A stretch of 64,000 nucleotides of DNA, from positions 25,559,293-25,623,292 of the forward strand of contig CM119267.1 in the NCBI GenBank assembly GCA_051294375.1, given 5' to 3'. Both the position numbers and the translations under genes were made by a program. The stretch's first letter is position 1, and every line of letters starts with the position of its first letter. Source of the stretch: Paraspadella gotoi. Taxonomy: Eukaryota; Animalia; Chaetognatha. This document shows positions 41,663 to 53,808 of the stretch, piece by piece. The notes beneath the pieces were generated by a model. That model made no database searches and was not told where the DNA came from. It was given only the letters and a program-made list of their open reading frames with translations.

Positions 41663-42754
41663 ATGGCTTCGGACAAGACGACTGTCTCCTTCCCGCTCAA
41701 CGACGTCGTCGCTTCGGACGAAGAAGTCCCCAGTTTTTATCCTCCATTCAAATGGGGATTGGATCATCTCTGTCGAACCAACTTTAGAATGTTCATCCAA
41801 GACGTGGCCAAAATGAAACCGATGCCTATGTTCCCGATGGCCTACGAATTTTGCGGCCACCCCGTTTATCGGGTCGAAATTATGGGTCACGTGTTCTTGA
41901 CGGACTCTCGTCGTCAGATGGACGTGTTCGGAGTCGACGACGGCTCCGCCTCTTTGAAATGCGTCATGTGGAAGACGGAAACGAACGCCGTCGACGCTGA
42001 TTCGACATCGAAGCGAATTTCGGAACTAAATCTCGGATCTTTGGTCAGTTTCACGGGGAGGATCAAAACTTACCAAGAAAAGAACGAGTTGTGCGTGGAA
42101 GGCTTTCACGTCGTTCGGTCCTGGAGAGAGTTGATCTTGTTTCGTTCTTTGGCCGTCGACGTCTATCGAAACCAGTTCTTTCTCCCTTGTCGACTTCCCT
42201 TCGAAGTCAACGAGAAAATGGCCGAGTATTTTTACGAGAAAAACTCTGGACGAAAAACTAGACGTTGGTTCGAGTCGGAAACGGAGCGTGCGGTTCTCGA
42301 GGCGTTGGATCGATCCTCCAAGGGTCAAATGTTCAGCCTGGACATTCTGGAGGAGATCTCTGTGGCGGAGACGGTCGCCAAATTCGTGGCGGAGCGAGGC
42401 GAAGAAGAGCGCCTCTCTCAGACGAAATTTTTCTCCGGCGTCATCGACAAGATGGAAGCCAAAGGACTCGTTTACTTCCTCCCCTTCGGACACAATAGAC
42501 TCGCCGCCCACTTTTGCGTTTTGGTCTCTCGGAATTGCGAATTGGCGCGAGCTACGCTGAGAAAGTTAAGAAATCTGAAGAGGGCGTCGCCCTCGCGTCT
42601 CGGCTTCTCGTCCGCCGACATCTTGAGAATTGTGAGGAGAAGCGACGAGGGTTTTTGTCTCGTGCGCAAAGTGGCCGTCGAACGTTGCTTGGAGATTTTG
42701 GAAGACGATAACGACATTTACACTTGTCAAAATTATAAGTATTTGCCTGTTTAG
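41663..42754 (+). CDS. STN1: CST complex subunit STN1 (OBFC1), single exon
   Basis: First in-frame ATG is at 41663 (the track start at 41609 is TTG). N-terminal OB fold WGLDH...FIQDVAKMK...GHPVYRVEIMG...GVDDGSASLKCVMWK and a winged-helix-type C-terminus ending CLEILEDDNDIY. Confidence 0.9.
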   Translation: MASDKTTVSFPLNDVVASDEEVPSFYPPFKWGLDHLCRTNFRMFIQDVAKMKPMPMFPMAYEFCGHPVYRVEIMGHVFLTDSRRQMDVFGVDDGSASLKCVMWKTETNAVDADSTSKRISELNLGSLVSFTGRIKTYQEKNELCVEGFHVVRSWRELILFRSLAVDVYRNQFFLPCRLPFEVNEKMAEYFYEKNSGRKTRRWFESETERAVLEALDRSSKGQMFSLDILEEISVAETVAKFVAERGEEERLSQTKFFSGVIDKMEAKGLVYFLPFGHNRLAAHFCVLVSRNCELARATLRKLRNLKRASPSRLGFSSADILRIVRRSDEGFCLVRKVAVERCLEILEDDNDIYTCQNYKYLPV

Positions 42755-42790
42755 TCGTTATTAATTTTTGGAAGTCTTATAATTAAATCT

Positions 42791-44500
42791 TTTTTATCGT
42801 CGCAATCGCTTAGCGTTTGCGACGATATTGTAACGCTTTTGCGCATAAGTGGCGTCGTCGTCGTCGTCGGCGTTCCAAATTATAGATCGCCTTTTTTATG
42901 ATTAAATTTAGTTGTATGAAGCTGAAAATTTATATACAGCTTCTCATCATCGATGTGCTTAAAATTGAGTCTGGACAGTTATTAAATATGTTTTGTTTAC
43001 GTTTTATCAAAACAAACAAATTTCCTCTCTTTTATTTTTATGTTTCCTTTTCTCTCTCTTTTCTCTTTTAATTACATGTCTCTCTCCCTCTTTTCCCTAG
43101 TCATTGATTCATAGAGAAAGGGGAAAAAAACGAGTCTGCAGGTGCTTATTTTTTTTCTCTCTTTTCTCCTGCTGCTTCTGCTGCTGTCTTTTGATTTCTT
43201 TCTCTGCAGCTGGCTCTGCAGGGGTTCTTTCTTTTTCTCTCTTTTCTCCTGCTCCTTCTGCTGCTGCCTTTTAATTTCTTTCTTTTTTTCTGGGTGCCTT
43301 TGCTGCTGCTGATTCGTCTGAAAACGATTTGGCTTCTTTTCTCTCTCTCTCGCTCTCTCCTCTTTGATTAATTTTTCCCTCTAAAAACTTTTATTATCGC
43401 CATTTATTCCCAAATTTACATCTGAGATTTTCGTGGATTATTTTCCTAAATATTCTAAATATTAATTAGTGCTAATGACAGAACCGTTCAATATAAGCAG
43501 TCCTGAGCTTCGGATCAAGCTGTAACACCATGTTACAGGCGGGTTAAGCGCCCCGTCCCTCTTAACTGCCAGACGACCACCGGGCTAGAACCCCGGACCT
43601 TTGGGTTGGGAGGCGAATGACTTGCCTCCGGCACCAATGGCGCCTGATGAACGGTTGGTGGATTTTAGTCCACCATACATCCCCCCCCGTAGGGAGAATC
43701 TGTTGAGTCTCTTCAGTGAATTGTTGTTGGTGGAAAGTTCGTCACCAAGTTGAGGCATGTCGCCTGATGTGTTGTGGGCGGAAAGTGCATCGCCAGGTTG
43801 AGGCATGTCGCCTGAAAGTGTTGTTGTTGCTGTTGTGTTCGGAAGTCGGGCTCACCAATGAAGAGACAGTAATTATTGTTGTATTAATGACAGAACCGTT
43901 CAATATAAGCTGTCCCTGAGCTTCGAATCAGGCTGTAACACCATGTTACAGGCGGGTTAAGCGCCCCATCCCTCTTAACTGCCAGACGACCCGGGCTAGA
44001 ACCCGGACCTTTGGTTGGGAGGCGAATGACTTGCCTCCGGCACCAATGACCGCTGATGAACGGTTGGTGGATTTTAGTCCACCATAATATCAATCAGAAT
44101 AATATTTTTTTTCAATATATATTTACTTTATTAATTTTATTTTACTTTACTTCATTTTACTTCACTTTACTTCACGTCATCAATCTGATTCAAGTTTCAC
44201 TTTGTCTTTTGTCTGGGAATGTTGACAGTGTTTAGAGAGGTTGCATTCGATCAAACTGCTCGCTTATGCGGGCTAAAAGTAAAACAAAAGTACCTTCAAT
44301 AATGTCTTTCCAGACTTAGCACTTGCTAAAAATTAAACTCGAAAATTAGTTATTTTACTGTTTTATATTTATTATTCTTTTTTTTTCTTTCTGTTTATAA
44401 ATTAATTTTCTTTTCTAAAATTTGATTTTTTTAGTATCAAAATTTGTTGTCAATCCAGATTTTTCTTATGCGATTGCGACGATCCTTATGCTTTTAAGAT
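42791..44500 (+). mobile_element. HINE/DINE-1-like family 1, complete ends
   Basis: Subterminal inverted repeat ATCGTCGCAATCGC (42796) / GCGATTGCGACGAT (44470); T-run flanks with no TSD; contains the 43470 TRIM. Confidence 0.78.
43470..44088 (-). mobile_element. Second TRIM (different LTR), nested in a Helentron-like element
   Basis: Direct repeats at ~43473-43679 and ~43885-44087. On the minus strand, PBS TGGTGAGCCCGAC follows the LTR end TCTCTTCA (43859), and PPT GGGGGGGGA (43680-43688) precedes TGTATGG. Outer ends are degraded. Confidence 0.8.
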
Positions 44501-44563
44501 TTTTTTTTTTTTTGCATTTACACGAGAAAAATTATTTTGCCAAATTGTTACATAATTATAATT

Positions 44564-45464
44564 GGCATTCCTGGAGATCAATGCCCTCTGGAGGCTTATG
44601 GGAAAACGAGGAGCAAGGTTTTTTTTAAAGAATTAACGGAAAAAAGAAGAGGAACGAAATGGAACGGAAGAGGATAACGTTTCGGAAAAAAAATAAAGGA
44701 ATTCAGATATCATAGTTTTTTTTCATATTTTTTATTTTTATTATATGAAATTGGTACAACCAATATATATTTGGGTAAAAATTAAGGTTACAATAAATTA
44801 TGGTTAAGAATAAATTAAGAATAAGTGTAAGTTGACTAGAAAAAAAAATAAGGTTAAAAATAGGTTAAGGGTAAGTTAGGGTTAAGGGTAAGTTAAGGGG
44901 AAAGGTAAGCTTAGGTTAGGGGTAAGTTTGGGTTTAGGGTAAGTTAAGGGTAAATTAGAGTTAAATTTAAAATTAAGTTTCGGCTTAAGTATATAATAAT
45001 TTAACATTTCAAAAAATAATATTTAAATATTAATAAATTTATAAAGTAACAGAGTTTTTATTTATGATTACAATGGTCATTTAATAATTCGGAAAGAGGT
45101 TAAAATTGCTTCTCCCTCTATCTCTCAAAGTTAGTATCCAATTATTTATTAAAACTATTAAAACTGGTTGATGAAGGTTCAAAAAACAAGAATCAAAACA
45201 TATCCAAATTATTAAATTATCGTGGTTATCTCAAATGAAAACTGTTATTTTGTAAATATCTATCAAAGACAGTGAAAAAAAAAAATTATAATTAAATTTT
45301 TTAAAGAATTAAAAATCTAAGCTCGTGAAGTTTAAAACGTTTTTAATATCATTGTTGTTACGGTCTTAACTTTTCTTTTCCGTAAAGAAACGAACTTTAT
45401 TTTTTCCTCTTCTTTCTCTTTCGTTCCCATAAGCCTCCAGAGGGAATTCAACTCCGGGATCCCC
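44564..45464. mobile_element. MITE with imperfect ~40-bp TIRs, 8-bp TSD and internal telomere-like repeats
   Basis: A perfect 20-nt inverted core CCCTCTGGAGGCTTATGGGA occurs at both ends; TTATAATT is duplicated at 44556-44563 and 45465-45472; degenerate TTAGGG/TAAGGG array at ~44850-44960. Confidence 0.8.
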
Positions 45465-45696
45465 TTATAATTTTACTTTGCTGTCTACTTCTCTATATTT
45501 TTTCAGTTCATAAAAATAGAGCACCGAATTCTATCTCATTCTCCTCGTGTTTTTTTCCTCGTGTTTTCTCCTCGTGTTTTCTTCAGGTTCTCCTCTCGAT
45601 GACCCGTCGTTCTCCTACTTTTCTCCATTAGTTTGCCCTTTTTCCCCCTCTCGTTCTCCTCTCGATGACCCATCGATTATTCCGATCGTGTCGATC

Positions 45697-46134
45697 ATGA
45701 CGTCGTCCACGAACGATGATCCCTTACCTGACGAAGAAGCGCAGGAGAAAGTGAGTTTTGCATTTTGGAGAAGAATCTCTCGCTCGCTAAATATCCCAAT
45801 ATTAATGTAATTCGTTATATTTTTCTTTCGGAATAATTTTTTTCTACTAAAAACGTTTTTAAATTCCTACTACTATAAGTTGGTTTTATAATTATATTTC
45901 CCCCTTTTTCCAAATAAGGCGAAATTAACTGCTCAAGTACTGGAGCTGCAGAACACGTTGGAGCAACTCTCTCTGCGAGTGGACGGCGTCAAGGAGGACA
46001 ACCTTAAGCTCAAGTCGGAGAATCAAGTCTTGGGTCAGTACATCGAGAACCTTATGAACGCCAGCAACGTCTTCCAGTCGACTTCGCAGTCCGCCGCCGC
46101 CGCCGCTCGCAAATCTAGGCGGGCGGACAAGTGA
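45697..46134 (+). CDS. SCOC: Short coiled-coil protein (SCOC/UNC-69); 2 exons
   Basis: Exons 45697-45750 and 45919-46134 (exon 2 is missed by the ORF track). [55 protein letters not shown] is the SCOC signature. Confidence 0.93.
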
Positions 46135-46306
46135 TGATTCTGGGGTCGTCGATAAAACTTTGCATCGCTTAAAATCGCATCGATCTTCGAGTAAACTTTT
46201 GAACATAAATTTTTTGAACCCCATAAACTGAACGTTTCTCCTTCCGCCTTGATTACCGCTCTACTTTCGCCTCCTATCGCTTTCCTTTCGCTCTTTCTTC
46301 GTTGTT

Positions 46307-46833
46307 ATGGAGACGGAGGCTATGGTCCGCGACATTGGTAAAATCCACGCGCGACTATTCGATCATCGTCCGGTCATCGGCGCCGAGTTACATCAGTTCG
46401 TTGAAGAGATGGAGACCAAATCGTCGCGCCGGATTCGTAATCGAGACCTCGACGCCACTCTTGCTATCGTCGAAGGCGCCAAGCAGAGCCACCTGCCCGA
46501 CGCGGCGCTGCTGCTCGAGGATCACGCGGCGCCGCTACTCGCCGCCGTCCAAGTCGCCGCCAGGATGGCCGAGAAGATCGTCGAGCGTAGCCGGACCGAA
46601 CAGTTAAGTCCAGATGGAATAATGGTTAATAGTTATTTATTAATTTTATTCTTATTCTTCTTATTTTCAGTTTCGCCGCCGAAATGGCGGAGCGTCGCCA
46701 ACGTCGAACTCGCAGCTGGAACGCCTTCATGGAGTCTCTCTGCGCGGAGAGCCACGCGATCGAGCGGGACTACGAAGAAGGGAAGGAAAAGATCATCCAG
46801 TTTTATGCTGATTTGGAAAAGAATTTGGATTAA
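46307..46833 (+). CDS. BLOC1S5: BLOC-1 subunit 5 (Muted); 2 exons
   Basis: Exons 46307-46602 and 46671-46833. MVRDIGKIHARLFDHRPVIGAELHQFVEEME, with C-terminal WNAFME...FYADLEKNL. Confidence 0.88.
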
Positions 46834-47284
46834 GAAGAGATGATGATTCTGGGAATGGGAGTACTTGATGGGCCGGTCACTACGAAATGACCGACTCTCC
46901 CTTATTTTCGTTCCAAACTTTGGGGCGAAATTTCTTTTTTCTTTTTTCTTTTTTAATGTTTACGGCTTTGCTTCCTAAAGTTTGAAGGCGTTTGACTTTT
47001 ATTTAATATTTATTTGGGTATGATTAATCTTTAGATCGATGGTTATTGGACACGAATTTAGTGATTTGCATGTATTTCGTTTCTCGCTTTCTTTCCCCAC
47101 CCCATACCGTTCCTATCAATGATCGAAATAATTGCGTTCTAGTTTTTAATACTTTTTATAAAATTATACATTAATTAAATTACAAAATGATTTTTTTCTT
47201 TTAGCTCAAAAGGTTTTGAGTGAGAAAGTTTGCCTAACTGACTGCAATGCCGTAATGGTAATGGTGGAGCCCGGTACGTGAACA

Positions 47285-47286
<2 letters not shown>

Positions 47287-47377
<91 letters not shown>
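47287..47377. repeat. (CT)n microsatellite ~11 nt upstream of the FBF1 ATG
   Basis: Pure CT run of ~90 nt. Confidence 0.95.
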
Positions 47378-47381
<4 letters not shown>

Positions 47382-47388
47382 CCACATC

Positions 47389-48230
47389 ATGCCTAAAAAA
47401 AGAAGCGGAGCGACTGACATTGACGATCTGCTTGGCGACCTACTCGGCGACGACCTCGACGACTCTGACTCGTCGCCGGCGCGTCGCGGGAAAGGAGCTA
47501 CGAAGGGTAAAGGCGGCGGCGGCGGCGCTGGCAAAAAGGTGGATGTATTTGACGACGCCTTCTACGAGAATTTGGCCAAAGAGTCCAACTTTAAGGTTCC
47601 AGCATTTTCTACATAAAATTTTTTTCCCCTTTTCTTTTATTTATTTATTTTTTTAAAATTTTTTTATTTAGGAAGAAGACGACGACGACCAACCGCCGAA
47701 CCCGCGAGAGATTCTGAAATCCATGGACAACTTGGACATGGACGATTTAGATTCTGGTCAGTCTGTCCCTCCGTCCATCCATGTTTTCATTTCTTTTTTC
47801 ATCAAGACATTCGTCCATCTTCAGATCTTTTCGGGAAATCCCAGCCTCGCCGTCTCGCGACGACCGGAGGAAAACCAGGGCGCCGTGCCGCGGATGACGC
47901 CGCCCGCACCGACGCCGGTGGCGCCGACGTCGATTTGAGCTGGAATTCGCGGGGCGATACCGGCGCCATCGACGATCTTTTCGGGTCGACGCCGCCCATC
48001 GCGCCACCGGCGGCGAAGGACGAAAAGACGAGGCCGGGCGACAGGGGCGACGCCGCCCGAGCCGCAAGGGATCGTCGTTTCAAGGTTGACGACGACGACG
48101 ACGACGACTTGGGGGATTTGGATGACCTTTTGAATTCAGACGAAGATGAAATGAAAAAGAGAAAGATTAAAAGCGAGAAAAAAAGATTCGCCGGAGAAAA
48201 AGACAACGAGGGACGCATTGGCTTGATGGA

Positions 48231-48294
<64 letters not shown>

Positions 48295-51200
48295 AAAGAT
48301 GATTTAGAAGATCCAAAGTCTGAATCCAAACGACCTTCAATAAACTTCGATGACGACGATGACGATTTCATGGAGGGACTTTTAAAAGGTAATTTGACGA
48401 TTATTGATTTGTATGTAGCTTTTAAAATTTTTTATGTAGCTTTTAAAATGTACTTGTAACCGTAGATGTAGGAGTAAAAAGGGATAGTTGATTTGTATAT
48501 TGCTAATGTAGATCATAAAATAGCAGGTTCTTCCAAACAATCTCAATCACGACGAACCTCACTCGATGTTAAAGCCACATCCGCCGCAACTCCCGCAACT
48601 CCCGCAACTGACCCCGCAGCCACATCCGACGCCCCCGCCGCTGCTGCTGCCGCCGACGCTGTCGCTGACAAGGATCTTTTCGACATCAGCGGCGACGCGG
48701 ACTTTCTCGACGACTTGTTTCCAGGTGATTGGTTGTACACCTGACGACGGTTGATTGGTTTGTCACGTGGTGAGGTTTGATCGCATGGTCACGTGACGAG
48801 GGGCGTTGACTCGACACTTTTTTTAATTCATTGGTAACGATTGGGTCCTGACAGGCAACGACGGCGGAAAATCAAATATTAAGGTACAACAACAACAACA
48901 AAAAGAAGAAGAAAAACAAGAAGGAAAGAAAAGCGAAACTTTGAAAGTTGAATCCGAAGGAGGAGGATTAGGCGGGGATTTCATGGCTTCACTCTTGGGC
49001 GGCGGGAGCGACAGGGAGACGAGGAGAAAAAGTAAAATCAAGAATTTCGACTTTGATTTCGACTTAAAAGAAAAAGGAAATTCCGTTGAAGCTCCTGAGG
49101 CGACCCCTGCAGCAGCCTCTGCCGCCGCCCCTGCAGCAGTCTCTGCTTCTGTCGCTGATAAAATCAAGAAGGAAAATTTGGTTTCTGGTTAGTAAATGAT
49201 CTTAAGATGTCCTTCACTCCGAGTTGTTATAAATCCAGATGTTTTCTTAGGCCAGAAAGAAAGACATACCGACGACGATTTCTTCGGCTCATACTCACCG
49301 TCGGCGGCAGCAGCGTCAGCGGCGGCGCCGACAAAGCCGCAGCCTCATAAACGCCGCAGTCTCCCCAAAGATGACGACTTTCTTTTCGGCGATTACGCCC
49401 CAACCGCCGCAGCCGCACCCGACGCCCCCGCCGCCTCCTCACCCATCCCGGTCATTTCGTCCCCCGGACACAAGGACGATTTCTTCGACGAAGACTGGCT
49501 GGCGGATCTCAAAGGCGCATCTTCTCCCGATTGGATGGAAAAGACCGCGACGCCGGAAAGACGCAAATCCGGCGTCGATCGATTCGCGTTTGACGCCGAC
49601 GAGACGGCGCCGTCCTCCCGTCCCAAAACGCCGGCGTCGCGTTCGCCTTCTCCTTTAAAGGCCGAGATCGAATCGGGTCGCGCTTCGCCCTCGAGGTCCC
49701 TCGGGCGCCGTAGCTCGGGCCGCGCCCTCTCTCCCTTCGAGGGCGTCCGCTTCAAGGACGAGGAAGAGCGACGCGCGACGGCGCGGGGGCGTTCGAGGCG
49801 CCGCAGCTCGATGGCCGCTCAGGAAGCGATGCTGGGTCTTGGCGGCGAAGTGGAGACGGACGCGGGGGTGACTTCGATTCGGAACCGATCGGAGACTAGG
49901 AGGGACGACTTAAACGACGACGACGACGATGACAACGATTTGCGCAAAACTTCAATGCGTCGCAATCAAAACATCGAGACTGAATTGGAAGTCAAACAGA
50001 TGGATAATTTTTTCAAACTCCAGAAATTGAAAATGGAAGAGATGATGAAGCGGCAGATAATGGAGCCGCAGATGATGCAGCCTTTGAGCAGCACCGCCGG
50101 AGTAGTGTCTGCAACTGCGCCGAGTCAAGAAATCAAGGATTTGGAAAAAAAGGTATCGTCTTTCCTAAAATTAAGTCCTCTTTTTGACTTTGATTTCATT
50201 TGATTTCATTCCATTTTATTCCTTTTCATTTTCAGGTCTACAAGTTGGAATTGGAAAAGGAAAACCTCGAGACGCGCGTGGATCACCTTATCGCCCGCCA
50301 CAAGATGGAGTTGGAGGAGACATTGGACTATCAGGAGCGGAAGGACAAACGCCGCTCGCTGGAGCACGAGGAGCGGTGCCAGGAGTTAAGGCGCCGCATC
50401 AAGGCGCTCGAGGAGAGTCGGGACGAGTTGGTCAAGGAGAAGCTCGGCGCCGTCGTCGAAGCGGAGCAGCGGCGCGCCGAAGAAGTCAGGGTCTTAAAGG
50501 AGACGCATCAGAGGGCGATGGACGAAATGGACGCTCATCACTCGCAGGCCCGATCTTTTGGACATTAAATTATTATTTCACTTCTAAATAAAATATTATA
50601 ATTCATCCGTCCCTTTCACAGGTCGTCTCCTGTTTAAAGAAAGCCAAGATGGCGGAACTGGAAGCGGCGTTGGCGACTCACGACGCCGGAGATAACCTTA
50701 ACTCTTTCGTCAAGAAACTCTCGACCAACACGAGCGAGTTGGACTCTCTGGCGGCCAAAGTCGCCGCGGAACATCGACACGTCGTCGAGGTTATGTTGAG
50801 ACCATGTGGGTCTGGGGCGTTGTCCTCATTTTGTTGTCCTTATCCGACGTCCATTCATCTACTAATAAGGTAAAGGAAGCAGCTCTAGCGGAAAAGGACA
50901 ACCGACTGGACGAGCTGCGCGTGAAGCTACACCAGATGACAGTGGACAGTGAAAAGGAGCGACGCCAGTTGCAGACGGTGCTGGCGAAAATGGAGAAGCA
51001 TCTTTCTACTACGCAGGAGGAGTTGGATCGGGAACGATGGAAGTTGGGACAGGTGAATAAATTAAACGACAAAGAAAGGTATTTTTATAGGATTATTTTT
51101 GAAAAATATTCGATTTCATTATGGAATCTTATAAAAATTGTAAAAATACTTGTTTCACTATTATGAGTTTTAGATTATGTAATTTACGTTTAGGAAAAGG

Positions 51201-52621
51201 CGAGAGTAGAAGCTTTGCAACAAGGGCTAGAGGCGGAAAGGACGGCTTCGACCACCAAAGCTTCCGCCGACTGGGCAGAGCTTCAAAAGGCAAAGGAAGC
51301 CATTCTGGCTGAGCAGAAGCTGGCTATTAGGGAAATTCAACGAGAAAAGGTAATTGAACATAAAGACGGTAATTGTGTAAATTGCAACAAATAACGAAAT
51401 TGTTGGCCAATGTTACCGACCGTTTTCTAGGCTGCCCTTCACGAAGAGCGCTTGAAGACAGCCGGAGACCAAGAGTCCCTGCAGCGTCGGGCGTTGGAGC
51501 TGCAGCACCGCGTGGAGGAAAAGCAGCAGCAAAACGCGGCGGCCAAAGAAAAGCTGGACGAGATGAGGCTACAGTTGGAGGCGCGGGAGAGGAGAGTGAG
51601 GTGCGAGGAGGAAAGGTTGGCGGAGGAAGCCATAGCTGCGGAGGAGACGAGGTTCGTTTAATAAGCCAGGGGAGCCGGGTTTCGGATCTTTATTTCACTA
51701 AATTTGGGGTTTTTTAGGGTTTTTTTGGGTTTTTTTAATTAATTATTAAATCTCTTTTTTATTTGTGTTTTATCCAGAGCGGAAGTGGAGACAGAGCGCG
51801 AATCTTTGCGACGTCTAGCGGACGAACTCCGCCGCAAGAGCGAAGAGTTGGAGAGAGAGATGGAAAAGTCCGTCGCCGCCTACGAAGACGGAGTCTGGGC
51901 GTTAGAGCAGGCGCGGAAGTCGGAAGAAGAGCAGAAGGCCCGCGCCCTGCAGATCCGGGTCAGGACTCGCGAAGACAATTTGAGAGCTCTCTAGTCTCTA
52001 CAATAAATTCCGCTAATCAGAGATAAAGTTAAAAGTAAAAAAAAAAAATTTATTTTCTTCCGCCGACAGAATCAGATCGAAAGAAATCAGTCGATTCAAC
52101 GCGAGTTGGTGGAAGAACGCCTGGCCCTCGCCAAGGAGCGTGAGTCTCAGGGCAAAAAGGTCAGCGCGGCGTCGAAGCGGAACACCGGAAGAGCGCCGGC
52201 GACCTCTTTGAGCGCCGGGGAATTGGTTGTTGAAAATCAGCGATTGACTTCCATCGTGGACGCGGCGTTGGTTGGTGAACCGGCGCCGCTCGAAGAAGAA
52301 GCCGTCGGCGCTGACGACGAAGTAGAAAACGAAGAGTTCGCCGGTCAAACTCTTCGTGATTTTCTCGTTTCTAAGCGATCGTCCCCGGCGTCCTCCAAAC
52401 TATCTTCACCCATCACTACCAAACGCGCCGCCGCTCCTCTCTCAATCGCGAAGGCGCTCTTCTCCGGACCGGCGTCGTTGGATGATGTTTTGTCGTCGAC
52501 GGACGACGCCGTCACCAATGACGCCATCCTCATGATAATCGAGGGACAAAGAGAGAACGAGTATCTCAGGGAAGAACAAAAATATTTGGCCAGGCTTCGA
52601 CTGAAAAATTCATTATTGTGA
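47389..52621 (+). CDS. FBF1: Fas-binding factor 1 (centriolar distal appendage / transition fibre protein); 13 exons
   Basis: Exons 47389-47595, 47672-47756, 47825-48388, 48527-48724, 48855-49187, 49251-50152, 50236-50547, 50622-50789, 50870-51052, 51194-51349, 51431-51651, 51778-51958, 52070-52621. N-terminal IDDLLGDLLGDD and PREILKSMDNLDMDDLDSDLFG; coiled coil starts VYKLELEK; C-terminal EYLREEQKYL. Confidence 0.8.
48231..48293 (+). repeat. (GGC)n coding repeat, 21-Gly tract in FBF1
   Basis: Uninterrupted GGC run in frame within exon 3. Confidence 0.93.
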
Positions 52622-52717
52622 TTTCTTGCCTTCGAATCTGTCTTTTAAGTTAATCATTTCGTAGATTTTTATACATTTAAGAAATCAGCCGTCCGTCCAT
52701 TTTATCAAGCGTTTTAT

Positions 52718-53808
52718 CTTTATCGTCGCAATCGCTTTGCGTTTGCGACGATCTTGTAACGCTTTTGCGCATAAGTGGCGTAGTCGTCGTCGTTCAAATT
52801 GATATAATATAATATATAATATATAATATAATTATATATTTATTTTTGCAACCATTCCCGCAATTAATTGATTGCTGTTTTCTTTTCAGAAAATTTGGGT
52901 GTATGAAGCTGTAAATTTATATACAGCTTATCATCCAGGTCCTTGAAATTGGGTGAGGACAGTTATCAAATATGTTTTGTTTACGTTTTATCAAAACAAA
53001 CAAATTTCCTCTATTATTTTTATGTCTCCTTCTCTCTCTCTCTTTTCTCTTTTAATTGTATGTCGCTCTCTCTTTTCCCCAGGCTGATTCATCGGAAAAA
53101 CAAACTAGTCTGCAGCTGGATCTGCAGGGGCTCTTTCTTTTTCTCTTTTTTGTCCTGCTGCTTCTGCTGCTGCCTTTTGATTTCTTTCTTTTTATTTTTA
53201 TATCCCCTTCTCTCTCTCTTTTCTCTTTTAATTATATGTAGCTTTCTCTCTCTCTTTTCCCCAGGCTGATTCATCGGAAAAACAAACTAGTCTGCAGCTG
53301 GCTCTACAGGGGCTTATTCTTTTTCTCTCTTTTTTTCTGCTGCCTCTGCTGCTGCCTTTTGATTTTTTTTTCTGGCTGCCTCTGCTGCTGCCCCTGCTGA
53401 TTTGTCCGAAAACGATTTGGCCTCTCTCTCTTTCTCTCTTTTTTTTTTCTCAGGGGCTGCGTCTGCTGATCAGTTGTTTTTTTTTTCAGAAACTGTAACT
53501 TTAATTTTCCTCGGTACTTTATTATTTTTTTTAATTGACAATCGCAAAATAGAATTTTTCTTTCTGTTTATAAATTAATTTTCTTTTCTCAAATTTGATT
53601 TTTTTTATTTCTGGCTTCCGCTGCTGATTCGTCCGAAAACGATTTGGCTTCTCTCTCACTCTCTCTCTTTCTTTCTTTCTCTTTTTTATTGATTTATATA
53701 TAAAACATAGTTCTTCTTTATCAAATTTGATATTTTGAGTGTCAAAGTTTGTCATGGGTCCATATTTTTTTTATACAATTGCGACGATCCTTATGCTTTT
53801 AAGATTTT
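52718..53808 (+). mobile_element. HINE/DINE-1-like family 1, complete ends
   Basis: Same 5' (52722) and 3' (~53778) subterminal motifs and the same body as the 42791 copy. Confidence 0.78.

Noticed and set aside
41068-42754. AMZ-STN1 coding overlap or frameshift fusion suggested by the ORF track (41609 < 41634)
   Set aside because: Track start 41609 is TTG; the first ATG is 41663 and STN1 homology starts after it. No convincing slippery site plus structure seen. Kept only as a short-spacer finding.
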